Below are positions 35,814 to 44,947 of a stretch of DNA of 64,000 nt, in pieces. The stretch lies in IMG/VR virus record IMGVR_UViG_3300034072_000228; one strand, 5' to 3'. Source of the DNA: an uncultured virus (IMG/VR IMGVR_UViG_3300034072_000228) (lineage: Duplodnaviria > Heunggongvirae > Uroviricota > Caudoviricetes). Below the pieces are notes generated by a model that was given only the letters and a program-made list of their open reading frames with translations, did no database searches and was not told the DNA's origin. The translations under genes were made by a program, and so were the position numbers. Every line of letters starts with the position of its first letter. Positions within the stretch are counted from its first letter, which is position 1.

Positions 35814-36560
35814 TTATAGGCCTCCGTACAAGAGACGCGCCAATCCTAACCCTTGGGTTAGTGGATTGCCTGAAGATTGATAGGCCGACTGAGAAGCGTA
35901 CCCCGGCAGGCCAAAAATAATATCCCGGTATTGAGCCACTTGCTGCGCCGGATAATTACGCTGACGCTCAAACTCTTGGTACATCGCATCCAAATCTCTC
36001 TGGCGGCGTGCCTCATCAGAAAGACCAAGTTGCTGCAAGGTCTGAGCCTTTTGCATCTGGTTCTGCAAGTCTTGCTGATACAACTGACCCGCTTGATTAA
36101 ATGCCTGCTGTGAACCCTGCATCTGGATATTAGAAAGATTGGTGCCTAAGTTCTTCATCAGCTCCGATTCCATGATCGCCTGACGTGAACCACCATAAGC
36201 ACCACGAGCAGCCGCATTACTTCTTAAAGACTGTAGACCGGAGCCGTATTCTTGTACGGCTTTCTGCTTGGCGACATCCGTAACCGCCTGTTGGTACGGA
36301 TTCATGTAAGCCTGCATGACGCCTACATCTTGGCCGCCAATCTTTAATTGCCCCAAGAGGCCTGGAGACTGCGCCACTTGCTGAGCGGCTTCTGCACCTT
36401 GCTGGTATAGCGGTGCTGTTTCAGCATACCGTGGCATTTGGTAAGCCGTGTATGGGGTATATGCAACCTGTTGTCCCATCCGGTACAGATCAGATATGTA
36501 CGGGAGTTGGAACTCCGGTGGCATTTGGGTTACTGTTTGCGACGGGCCGCCCATGCTCAT
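35814..36560 (-). CDS. Putative internal virion or ejection protein
   Basis: YMNPYQQAV..GAYGGSRQAI.E motifs. Confidence 0.7.
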   Translation of the reverse strand: MSMGGPSQTVTQMPPEFQLPYISDLYRMGQQVAYTPYTAYQMPRYAETAPLYQQGAEAAQQVAQSPGLLGQLKIGGQDVGVMQAYMNPYQQAVTDVAKQKAVQEYGSGLQSLRSNAAARGAYGGSRQAIMESELMKNLGTNLSNIQMQGSQQAFNQAGQLYQQDLQNQMQKAQTLQQLGLSDEARRQRDLDAMYQEFERQRNYPAQQVAQYRDIIFGLPGYASQSAYQSSGNPLTQGLGLARLLYGGL

Positions 36561-36910
36561 TTGGACACCTCTTCCATCAAAGTTACTGATTTCAATCGTT
36601 GCGGGTATATTTTCTGCCAGCCCGGACGCCCTTGCAACGTGATGGCATCACAGTCTGCTTGCTTGGCAAACATTCGTATATACGTCACGATATGTTTGAT
36701 CTCTTCAAGATCCCCTCCAGCAAGCCACACATTACATATCTTCTTGCGCGGGTACTGCCTTACCTCTGTCACTAGCGCACAATCCTTGCCGGGCCAGAAT
36801 TGCGCCTTACCTGTTTGTATAGCTTCTAACACATCCTCTAGGGAAAACAAATTGCCTGCTTGATCCAAAGCCGCTTGAATCCATGCACTGCAACGCTCCC
36901 ATTCATTCAT
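36557..36910 (-). CDS. GNAT-like tail-module protein
   Basis: G.AQFW..VTE..YP..WLAGGDL..GRPGW. Confidence 0.65.
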   Translation of the reverse strand: MNEWERCSAWIQAALDQAGNLFSLEDVLEAIQTGKAQFWPGKDCALVTEVRQYPRKKICNVWLAGGDLEEIKHIVTYIRMFAKQADCDAITLQGRPGWQKIYPQRLKSVTLMEEVSK

Positions 36911-37932
36911 CTTGGCATAGCCGATTCAGCCTTTACCTCTGGCGGCTGTTTGCTTGTGCCATGTCTGGCCTGACGAATCTTTTTCATCATGGCGTACAGC
37001 TTCTTTGCACCTGCATTTGATGAACCATTACCAAGATCAGCCACGACATCCGCAGGAACCACAAACTCACCATCTGCCAAACGCGCCGGTTGCTTGTTGT
37101 TAATCGTTGCAGGGATGCTGTCAGACATACCATCACCGCCACCTCTTAAGTAACGACCAGCCGCCATGTAAACATCGCCACCTTGGTTGTAACCTCCACC
37201 ACCATAACCAACCATGATGTCATCAACAGAACCGCCTGTGGCGCCTGCAACAACTTCATCCCCAGACGGCGCTGGAGCAGGTGCAGGTGCAGGGGCAGGT
37301 GCAGGGGCAGGTGCAGGAGCGGGTGTTGGAGAATGGGTTGCATAAGTAAATGGCGTGATTGTTAACGGCTTATACAGTGATGCAAGACCTGCCTCATACC
37401 CAGCCCTTCCACTAGCAATTTGCTCTGGTGTTGGGCCATACCGTTTTGCAGCTTCAGTAGCGTCAAACTGAAATGGATTGGGATTAAAGAACAATGGCAT
37501 CCCCACCATGGGCCGGTAAATGTTTTGCCCTGAAGCTGATTTCTCGGGCGCCGGCTGTGGAGGCATGAGCGGTGCAGTTAATGCACGGTTATATATAGGC
37601 GCTGACTTATATTCAGGAGCTTTGATGGTTGGTGCTTTTTGTTGCGTCAGAGCTGCTGCCAATGCACCAAGGCCGAGAGCAAGACCAGCGCCAGTGCCAT
37701 TAGTTCCCTGCGTACCTAAGACGGAACGCAGCACGTTTTTCCAAATAGATGAGCCCTCAGAACCAAGTCCAATAGATTGTTCAATCTCTGCATTCGTTGG
37801 GCTTGTACCGCCAGCAGGTATTGTGCTTGGGTCTATCCCAATTAATCGCCAAAAATCTTCGTCATCCGCTGCGGTAACAGTCGTTGAATCACCTTGTGGC
37901 GCCATATTGGCTAATAATTCATCTTCTGACAT
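36907..37932 (-). CDS. Virion-region protein with (PA)n tract and GDGMSDSIPA domain
   Basis: G.GDGMSDSIPA..ARLADGEFVVPADVV..LGNGSS.AGA. Confidence 0.7.
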   Translation of the reverse strand: MSEDELLANMAPQGDSTTVTAADDEDFWRLIGIDPSTIPAGGTSPTNAEIEQSIGLGSEGSSIWKNVLRSVLGTQGTNGTGAGLALGLGALAAALTQQKAPTIKAPEYKSAPIYNRALTAPLMPPQPAPEKSASGQNIYRPMVGMPLFFNPNPFQFDATEAAKRYGPTPEQIASGRAGYEAGLASLYKPLTITPFTYATHSPTPAPAPAPAPAPAPAPAPAPSGDEVVAGATGGSVDDIMVGYGGGGYNQGGDVYMAAGRYLRGGGDGMSDSIPATINNKQPARLADGEFVVPADVVADLGNGSSNAGAKKLYAMMKKIRQARHGTSKQPPEVKAESAMPR

Positions 37933-37943
37933 AACTAGCTCCG

Positions 37944-38588
37944 TTATGGAGGTGTAGGCCGGGGGTCCGGCAAGGGAGATATGAAGTTTACCGCCATAAC
38001 ACTTGACGGTATACCGGGATGAGGTGATGTTGCCGCCTCTGCATCTAACCGCACATTAGTATCTGTTGTTGCTATTTCTAACTCAAGATATTCACCGGCA
38101 GCAAGATCAATATTAAAGTTCCAACTAACTTCCATATATTCATTATTAGAAGATAATGTATACGCATGGGTCGAATAACCAATGTTTATACCGTTTCTTT
38201 TAATCCAGATATATACGTTTTTTGCACTGGAATTAGTACTTAATAACTGACCAGAATACTGGAAGTTATATATGCCATCGATCGTAACTTCTATTCTTGA
38301 TGTACTTCCTGACTGTAAAGCCACCGCATTATTTAAATAAGTGGCATTAAATACAACCGGATAAGCAGTACCGGTTGCAGCAAATGTCTGGTCTACAGTA
38401 TTAAAAAATAATCCATTCGGGCAATCAACGTACTGTCCACCATTTGGTCCTAATAAATACTGCGTGGCATGGCTCAACCGATTAAAGTACAAACGCAGGA
38501 CGTTATTAAGCTGCTCCTGATATTGAGGATTCCATTCCTGCGGTGCGTATGGCAGGTTAGGCGGCTGAGGACTATCTAGGTATCTCAT
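37944..38588 (-). CDS. Virion structural protein
   Basis: Follows the tail nozzle gene; beta-rich C-terminus. Confidence 0.65.
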   Translation of the reverse strand: MRYLDSPQPPNLPYAPQEWNPQYQEQLNNVLRLYFNRLSHATQYLLGPNGGQYVDCPNGLFFNTVDQTFAATGTAYPVVFNATYLNNAVALQSGSTSRIEVTIDGIYNFQYSGQLLSTNSSAKNVYIWIKRNGINIGYSTHAYTLSSNNEYMEVSWNFNIDLAAGEYLELEIATTDTNVRLDAEAATSPHPGIPSSVMAVNFISPLPDPRPTPP

Positions 38589-40732
38589 GCACCACGTCCT
38601 GTAGCTTTTCCGTCCGGCCTGATGTCCAGTCTAGGCGAGCCTAGCTGCCAAGCGCTGCCAAGATCCGTAGATTCAACTTTAAAGATCAACTGACGCCCAC
38701 GGACCCTTGTATAAATCTGCCCCGTAAACTGCTCAATCACCGCCGTGGATGTTCTGGTTACCGCAGCAGAACTACTCCCGCCCTCTGATTGTGGACTGTT
38801 ATACCCGGAACCAGAGTTCATCATAGGTATTAAGGTCATCGTGACACTTGGATTTGTGTTCGTACTACTTGTCCCGCTAAAGGTAATGTCAGGCAGGATG
38901 CGCCATACAAACCCTATGTTGTGACCATCTTGAATATCAAACTCAGCCGATTCAATGTAAGCCGTAATCGGTACCGGTATACCACTGGTATTGTCATCAT
39001 TGCCAAACTCATGGTTCACTAGGTTGTTACTGTAAGTAGCCGCCTGCGGGTAATCACGCAACCCTGCGTCGAACCATGCCGTTCGTGCCATCGTTCCGTA
39101 GTACCAGATTCGCTCCATGTAGTTGTACACCACATACCGATCAATGGTCGTAGAGCCTTGTGAGGCATAGAACCACCATACCTCATTAAAGCCCTCAATA
39201 GTCCCTGAGAAATAAGCCAAGTATTGCGTACTATTTATGTCTTGGAATACATATTTACGCAGGTCACAGTTAAGTGTCTGTACCCGCCCGTCATACATGT
39301 AGAACTTATCAACACCCATCCAATAAACAATCCCAGATGCTACCGATGCTGCATTTGGCCCAACGATGGATATGTTGTCTGCTAATAACTGAGCACCCCA
39401 TACCAGTGGCGCTCCAAGGTATTGCAAGGAATACAAGGATGTATCGGTCCAGACTAGAATCTCTTGCCTAGTCTGTATAGCCGCAATGATCTTTGACCCA
39501 TGGGATAGACGTAATGAGCCGGCCTGGTTAACCGCAGTCGGCGTCCAGTCGGTTATTGACTCCTGATCCGCCCAGCGTATGAGCATGGGGTCTTGCACAT
39601 CTGATAGGTAATCGTTAGCGCCTAAGCAAAATACAAACCGATACACATCAGATACAAACACAAGGTTCTGTACTACTGGAGGATTGCTCGCACCTGGTAA
39701 TGTCTCAATACTTACGCCACGCGTACCTAGGCCGTTTGTTGCGTCCCAGTAATAAACACCGCCGCCGCGAGGAGCAAACACAAGATCCTCGCCAAAGTTC
39801 ATGGCCGACCATAGTCTCAGCGCATCCGGTATAAACGTGCCGACACCACCGAACTTCCCTGCCCCCCAAGCACCTGCGCCAAATCCAACCTGCGCCACTT
39901 GATCTTCCGGCCCGATGGTAATTTGATACGTAGCACGTACAGCAGACCCACCACCTGTTGTAGTTGATGACGCATTGGTACTGGCATTGACGGTAAAGCT
40001 ATTCGTATCAATAACGGTGATCGTGAACTCACCATTCATATCCACGTTGGCAAAGGTAGACGCCCCAGAGAAGGTAACGTAATCACCCGTCTGGCCGCCA
40101 TGACCAGTTGCCGTTACCGTAACAACATTGCTACCACTGGTTGTCGCAAATGGATCTGTACCAAGTAACCGACCATTAATGTAATACGTGGCTGTTACTG
40201 TGCCGCCACCCGTTGCAGAAGATGAAGCTGATGTAGTGACCGTAATGACATAGGTATTAGCATCCGTAATGGATGTAATCGCATGTCTTGTATTGATCTC
40301 CGCCGCAGGTATACCACCAACCGCTGAAGATCCTGTGAAGTAAACAATAGATCCAGCCTGTGCGCCATGGTCGGTATCGCTTACCGAGATCGTGTTTTGC
40401 CCGTTGGTCGTGGTAAACGGATTGGTTAACGTGGCTGAATAGGTGTACTGACGGATCGGTGTAATGTCGTTGTATACACCACCACTCTCAATGTAATACT
40501 TAGCGCTGGTGCCACAACCCATGAGATTGTTAGCTGTTAGCGTTACCCAGTTCCATAATGACCTGCAAGTACCTAAGAATGTATTGGATGAAATCCTCGC
40601 CCAGCCGCCAATCTTTTCTGGCGTGCCCTGACGAAATCGCACCTTGTCAGAGACATACCAACCGCTCTCAGAAGTATAGCGGGTATTTTCTCGGTTGACG
40701 CCAGGTCGATTAAGGATCTTTTGTAAAGGCAC
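38585..40732 (-). CDS. Tail tubular protein B / stabilization (nozzle) protein
   Basis: PG.NRENT..W...DKVRFR.G.PEKIGGW; DPMLIRW.DQE; two internal Thr-rich insert repeats. Confidence 0.75.
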   Translation of the reverse strand: MPLQKILNRPGVNRENTRYTSESGWYVSDKVRFRQGTPEKIGGWARISSNTFLGTCRSLWNWVTLTANNLMGCGTSAKYYIESGGVYNDITPIRQYTYSATLTNPFTTTNGQNTISVSDTDHGAQAGSIVYFTGSSAVGGIPAAEINTRHAITSITDANTYVITVTTSASSSATGGGTVTATYYINGRLLGTDPFATTSGSNVVTVTATGHGGQTGDYVTFSGASTFANVDMNGEFTITVIDTNSFTVNASTNASSTTTGGGSAVRATYQITIGPEDQVAQVGFGAGAWGAGKFGGVGTFIPDALRLWSAMNFGEDLVFAPRGGGVYYWDATNGLGTRGVSIETLPGASNPPVVQNLVFVSDVYRFVFCLGANDYLSDVQDPMLIRWADQESITDWTPTAVNQAGSLRLSHGSKIIAAIQTRQEILVWTDTSLYSLQYLGAPLVWGAQLLADNISIVGPNAASVASGIVYWMGVDKFYMYDGRVQTLNCDLRKYVFQDINSTQYLAYFSGTIEGFNEVWWFYASQGSTTIDRYVVYNYMERIWYYGTMARTAWFDAGLRDYPQAATYSNNLVNHEFGNDDNTSGIPVPITAYIESAEFDIQDGHNIGFVWRILPDITFSGTSSTNTNPSVTMTLIPMMNSGSGYNSPQSEGGSSSAAVTRTSTAVIEQFTGQIYTRVRGRQLIFKVESTDLGSAWQLGSPRLDIRPDGKATGRGA

Positions 40733-40735
40733 GGC

Positions 40736-41317
40736 TCACCTCATTAAGGCAGCTTCAGCAGCACGTCGGCGCGTGAGGCCAGGAAGGACTCGACCCGATG
40801 CCTTATTCCATAACAAGCACTGATCGGCTGCACCATCCCAATCTCCCGCATCAATACGCTTTTTAAACGTGGAAACCCGATAGTTCCCTAGGCCACAATT
40901 GTAGACCCAGCTAGTCACAGCGGCAATGCGCCTTGGTAGTGCAGTTTGAATCTTGGGTGAAAGCTTTACCAGACCTCGGACAAAATACTCCACATGATGG
41001 TCCAAGGCGTCTTCGCACTGCTCCATTGTCCAGATGGTGCCGGGATTAATGTCTGGTCCGGTGGCTCCCCAACCGATTGTCCAGGGATGTCCTCTGGTTC
41101 CGGGGTCGGGATAGGCTTGGACTCGTCCGTCAGGCAGGCGTCTTGCTAAACCTTCAAAGGGTTTGATCAGATGCTCCTTGGCTATCTGCTTCGCGGCGTC
41201 CAAGGAGTTCAAGGATTCTTCTGTTTTGCTCGGCAATGATTCGTCGCTGCTCTTCAATGAACCGTAATTGCGCCTCAACATCTGCACGTATTCTGACAAG
41301 TTCAATGAATTGCTCAT
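40736..41317 (-). CDS. Endolysin, GH24 lysozyme (start uncertain, possibly TTG at 41203)
   Basis: FEG..AYPDP..WTIGWG.T; YN.G.G..ST..W.KA.GRVLPGL.RRR.AE. Confidence 0.9.
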   Translation of the reverse strand: MSNSLNLSEYVQMLRRNYGSLKSSDESLPSKTEESLNSLDAAKQIAKEHLIKPFEGLARRLPDGRVQAYPDPGTRGHPWTIGWGATGPDINPGTIWTMEQCEDALDHHVEYFVRGLVKLSPKIQTALPRRIAAVTSWVYNCGLGNYRVSTFKKRIDAGDWDGAADQCLLWNKASGRVLPGLTRRRAAEAALMR

Positions 41318-41320
41318 GGT

Positions 41321-41806
41321 TCATGTCTTACGGTATTTTTCTAAGCTTCTTGAAACAAACCAGTACGTAAGTACCATCGTGAACAGACCAAAATCGTCCT
41401 CGTCCCAGCACTTGGTTACAACTTCAGTCCATGCCGCACCCGTCTGAAATGCCATAACAATCGCAGCCGCCTTGACTGACGCATACATAAAGAAGAGACA
41501 CCAAGTGATGCCCGGACGAACCAGCGCCGAGATAGCAGCCACCATTGGGCCCGCTGCTTTAGCCGTTTCAGCCTGCTCTTGAAACGCGCTTTTGATGGTA
41601 TCCAGTTGTTGAACCGAGTAGTCAACATACTTTTCCTCCACCTTAAATTCGCCACGCAGCTTCTCTAGGTCGGTCTGCAACCGGAACATGGACAGCTCAT
41701 GCTGCCGCTCGTTCTTCTTATCAAGGAATTTAAGGATCTCTGGGGCGATACGAAAAATACCGCCAACCACCGATCCCAATAAGCCACCTGATAGAAGATC
41801 AAACAT
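41321..41806 (-). CDS. Holin-like membrane protein
   Basis: Multiple hydrophobic segments, VRP.IT and YWF..R motifs; upstream of the endolysin. Confidence 0.65.
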   Translation of the reverse strand: MFDLLSGGLLGSVVGGIFRIAPEILKFLDKKNERQHELSMFRLQTDLEKLRGEFKVEEKYVDYSVQQLDTIKSAFQEQAETAKAAGPMVAAISALVRPGITWCLFFMYASVKAAAIVMAFQTGAAWTEVVTKCWDEDDFGLFTMVLTYWFVSRSLEKYRKT

Positions 41807-41808
41807 GA

Positions 41809-42444
41809 TTACTGAGGCGCGGCAGGATTGATGACCACCGGATTAACCACTTCAGGTCGCACCACAGTTGGGTTGACAATTACAGGCTTCTCGGTAGTGA
41901 TCACTTTAGGATCAAGCACAACAGCTTTTTCAGTCGTGACAACTGTTGGTGTATGGGTGTTATCGGTTGTAGTAGTGGTTGTCGTGGTTATGTTTGCTGC
42001 TGGCGCTTGGATCTTGCCAGCGATACTCGCAAAGGTGTCATTGGTACTTCTTGCAGTCATAACTGACGCATTGCTTACCGTCTGCTGTATGGCTACGTTA
42101 CCCCTAACCTGCTCAATACCTAACGCGACTTGTCTGTTTATGCCGTATATCTGAGCAATCGACGGGAGAATGGTTGCAATCGCTTGCAGGGTCGTCTCGC
42201 CTGCTGATTTTGGCGGTGCGATCTGTTGCTGTGGTTGGTTAGGTTGCCCAAGCGCCATGCTCATAACGGCAGCGACTTTGGCCGCAGCATCACCTGTAGA
42301 TGCAATTGCTGCCATTGCTTTGTACTTTTCACTCTCAGCTTGTGCGCGAGCTTGAGCAATCTTTACATTAGCCTCGGCATAACCATCGTAATTTGTAGCG
42401 CAGCTTGCGAGAAGCAGGGGTGTAATCAGTAAGAGCTTTTTCAT
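41809..42444 (-). CDS. Putative lipoprotein
   Basis: MKKLLLITPLLLASC signal peptide with lipobox. Confidence 0.7.
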   Translation of the reverse strand: MKKLLLITPLLLASCATNYDGYAEANVKIAQARAQAESEKYKAMAAIASTGDAAAKVAAVMSMALGQPNQPQQQIAPPKSAGETTLQAIATILPSIAQIYGINRQVALGIEQVRGNVAIQQTVSNASVMTARSTNDTFASIAGKIQAPAANITTTTTTTTDNTHTPTVVTTEKAVVLDPKVITTEKPVIVNPTVVRPEVVNPVVINPAAPQ

Positions 42445-42459
42445 AATTACTCCATGTAA

Positions 42460-43185
42460 TTAAAACGGACTAGACCCAGAAACAATAACGCCAGAGTTAG
42501 TCACCGTCCATGGGCCACCACCATTAGCCACGCTATTATCTTTTACAGTTGATGACTGGCATGTAAGCATCTTGGTTGTTGCTTGTGCAGTCAATGGGCT
42601 TGTAGGAACTGTGGCACTTGAAAACGATGAGCCAAGATTGAAACGTAAGTTGCTGATCTTTCCGTCAAGAAACCGAGTGGTTTGAACAGTGCCGTTTCCA
42701 ACTGATGGCGTAATTGTTGAACCGCTTGTAATCGTCCCAGATATGGATGCCGAAGCACCTTGTGAAGAACCAACAAATACACGAACCACACCAGAAGAAA
42801 GCCTAGACACAGCAATGTATGTCCACGTTGACAGTGACACGGCTATTGATGATGTCGCAGTTGTTGATCCGCTTGTTGTCGGGTAATTATTCCTAACAAA
42901 CGCAGGCTGACCTGATGAGTTGATATAAAACTGTATTCGTTGAGGCTGCGAGCTACCTGTGCCGTATCCAAAGTCTAGGATTGGGGCGGTTGTTGCCGGG
43001 TAAGAGTCTAAATAAACAAAGCACTCAATACTGAATTGCTGGGTTCCAATAGCAAACGATGACGATGCAGGGTAAGTAAAGTATGACGAGCCATTAAAAT
43101 CGTACGAATACTCGCCTTCAATAATCCCGCCTCCACCTCCTACACCCAGAGGTCTAGCCGCACCAAATGCTGAAAGAATCGGCAT
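42460..43185 (-). CDS. LamG/ConA-like lectin-fold tail protein
   Basis: F.IECFVY..W.YIAVSR..G.ISNLR. Confidence 0.75.
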   Translation of the reverse strand: MPILSAFGAARPLGVGGGGGIIEGEYSYDFNGSSYFTYPASSSFAIGTQQFSIECFVYLDSYPATTAPILDFGYGTGSSQPQRIQFYINSSGQPAFVRNNYPTTSGSTTATSSIAVSLSTWTYIAVSRLSSGVVRVFVGSSQGASASISGTITSGSTITPSVGNGTVQTTRFLDGKISNLRFNLGSSFSSATVPTSPLTAQATTKMLTCQSSTVKDNSVANGGGPWTVTNSGVIVSGSSPF

Positions 43186-43751
43186 TATGCGTACCTTGCC
43201 TGGCTAGCAAAAACTGTAAACGAACCACTCCCTGTCTTGATAAGCGTATAGCTGTAAACGTCTACGCTATTAGCATTGCCTGCACTGGGGGCCGATCCAC
43301 CTGACCATTTAGGCGTAACACTTGTACCGTCTACCGTAACCGCTGAGTTGTAATAAGCCGTCCCGCCTTGTGTCACAAGATGCGTAATCGTGACACTCTG
43401 CCCTGTAGACATGATGCTGTTTAGGGCTACTGAGCTTGACCCACGGATGTTAAGCGTCCAGTTGGCTGAAGCATTGCTTGTGTAGTACAGGATCGATTGT
43501 GTGGATACATCAAAGTTAACCGTACCTGTTGCCGCTGTCGCTGCTATCGTGACCGTCTCTGCGGCGGCGGATAACGTTAACTCCATCACAGACCCTGATA
43601 CGCCAAGCGCCAGGGTATTTGCAAACGACACGTTTTGGCTTGAGTCAATACTTAACCCTGTCACGCCATTCGTCTGAAGGTTTAACTCATTAGAGTTATC
43701 GCCCGTAGCGACGATGCCAATCCCTGCCGTGGCGTTGATGGTATTAGCCAT
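43185..43751 (-). CDS. Tail fibre-like protein
   Basis: Thr/Ser-rich; KWSGG.AP..D.YS. Confidence 0.65.
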   Translation of the reverse strand: MANTINATAGIGIVATGDNSNELNLQTNGVTGLSIDSSQNVSFANTLALGVSGSVMELTLSAAAETVTIAATAATGTVNFDVSTQSILYYTSNASANWTLNIRGSSSVALNSIMSTGQSVTITHLVTQGGTAYYNSAVTVDGTSVTPKWSGGSAPSAGNANSVDVYSYTLIKTGSGSFTVFASQARYA

Positions 43752-44103
43752 TTATTTCTACCCAGTTTGTAGTTGCCTCATCCCACGAATACATCTTGCC
43801 GTCTGTTGGCATCGCTACTGGAGCCTCCCACTGAGCGTCTGCGTTGAGAAGCCAGCTAGCAAAAGGCTTAGGAGGAACAAATGCGTCGATGTCTGCTCGG
43901 TAGGTATAACCAATCCCTGCGTAGTTCTTCCTAATATTGCCGTTGTAGCTGGTCTGCTTCCAGGTTCCACCGAGAATCTTCTCAAGATGAGCAGCACCGA
44001 TGTGTTCTTTCTCGACACCGCTAGCGTCTGCCATATCTTTATTGTCAACAACCACAACTTGAGTAACAACATTGTTCTCGTCGATTTTGGCGTAATGGCC
44101 CAT
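43744..44103 (-). CDS. Conserved tail-module protein
   Basis: HYAKIDENNVV..WKQTSYN..RKNYAGIG..DAF.PPKP. Confidence 0.7.
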   Translation of the reverse strand: MGHYAKIDENNVVTQVVVVDNKDMADASGVEKEHIGAAHLEKILGGTWKQTSYNGNIRKNYAGIGYTYRADIDAFVPPKPFASWLLNADAQWEAPVAMPTDGKMYSWDEATTNWVEING

Positions 44104-44720
44104 CATGCCTCCAATTTCAATCCGGTTAAATCCATTTCTTCCCCAACAACACCAACAGGGAAGGTATTAAAACTAAGTGAGATTCTTGTGTCCTCGCCTT
44201 TGACCTCTGGAACCATGTGCGTGAGCGAGGAAGGAAAGAGAATCAGCCTGCCTGCATAAGCCTCAAACCACCAGCTTTCAGAGTTATACGGGTTCCACTG
44301 GTCAGGAGGAAACTTGATCTGCTGCCAGCCATCCTTGTAGAAGTAAATCCGATCATCAGGGTTGGTCTGCACATAAAACACACCTGAGATGTAGCTATTA
44401 GGATGTGCGTGTTTGTGATGGTATTGCCCTGGGTTGCTGTAGTTGCACCAGCTTTGAGTAACCCTTAGTGATACATTGTGCTTGGGATTGACTGTGTTTT
44501 TGAAGTAATCCGATACCGCATCTTCAATGAACGAACGAAGTGAGGTAAGCGCAGGATCACGCAAGACAAAGTTGTTCGTAGACGTGGTGTTACCCATGTT
44601 GGGTCTTGTTGGCAGTTCACGGATGAAAAACAATTCCTCATCGCTCAGAGGTCGGCCAAGCTCTGCAAAGCCTACAGGGATGGGGAATAAGTTATGCAAC
44701 TGCACGTTCAAATTCCTCAC
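44103..44720 (-). CDS. Putative 2OG-Fe(II) oxygenase (TIGR02466-like); start uncertain
   Basis: LFP.P..SW.N....H..H.HPNS.ISGVFY..LILFPS.L.H.V..RISLSFN. Confidence 0.85.
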   Translation of the reverse strand: MRNLNVQLHNLFPIPVGFAELGRPLSDEELFFIRELPTRPNMGNTTSTNNFVLRDPALTSLRSFIEDAVSDYFKNTVNPKHNVSLRVTQSWCNYSNPGQYHHKHAHPNSYISGVFYVQTNPDDRIYFYKDGWQQIKFPPDQWNPYNSESWWFEAYAGRLILFPSSLTHMVPEVKGEDTRISLSFNTFPVGVVGEEMDLTGLKLEA

Positions 44721-44946
44721 GGGCTATGCCCATCTCTTTTAACTGCTCGTCGGTGTAGATCGTTGGAATGCTGTCCTCAAACTCTTTGATCTTGTCAATG
44801 ACCCAATACACTTCTTCAATGCTTGGGCATGGCCGTGGATCGTCCCACCGTGTAAACACGTTGTTTGATATTTCCCACTTCGCACCGGGACGAAGCAAGT
44901 GCATGGCTGTATCGATGCCTAGGAAGCGATATGTTTTTGTAGTCAT
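44692..44946 (-). CDS. XkdW-like small tail-associated protein
   Basis: A...LRPGA.W..W.DPRP.PS.EE. Confidence 0.6.
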   Translation of the reverse strand: MTTKTYRFLGIDTAMHLLRPGAKWEISNNVFTRWDDPRPCPSIEEVYWVIDKIKEFEDSIPTIYTDEQLKEMGIAREEFERAVA

Positions 44947-44947
44947 G

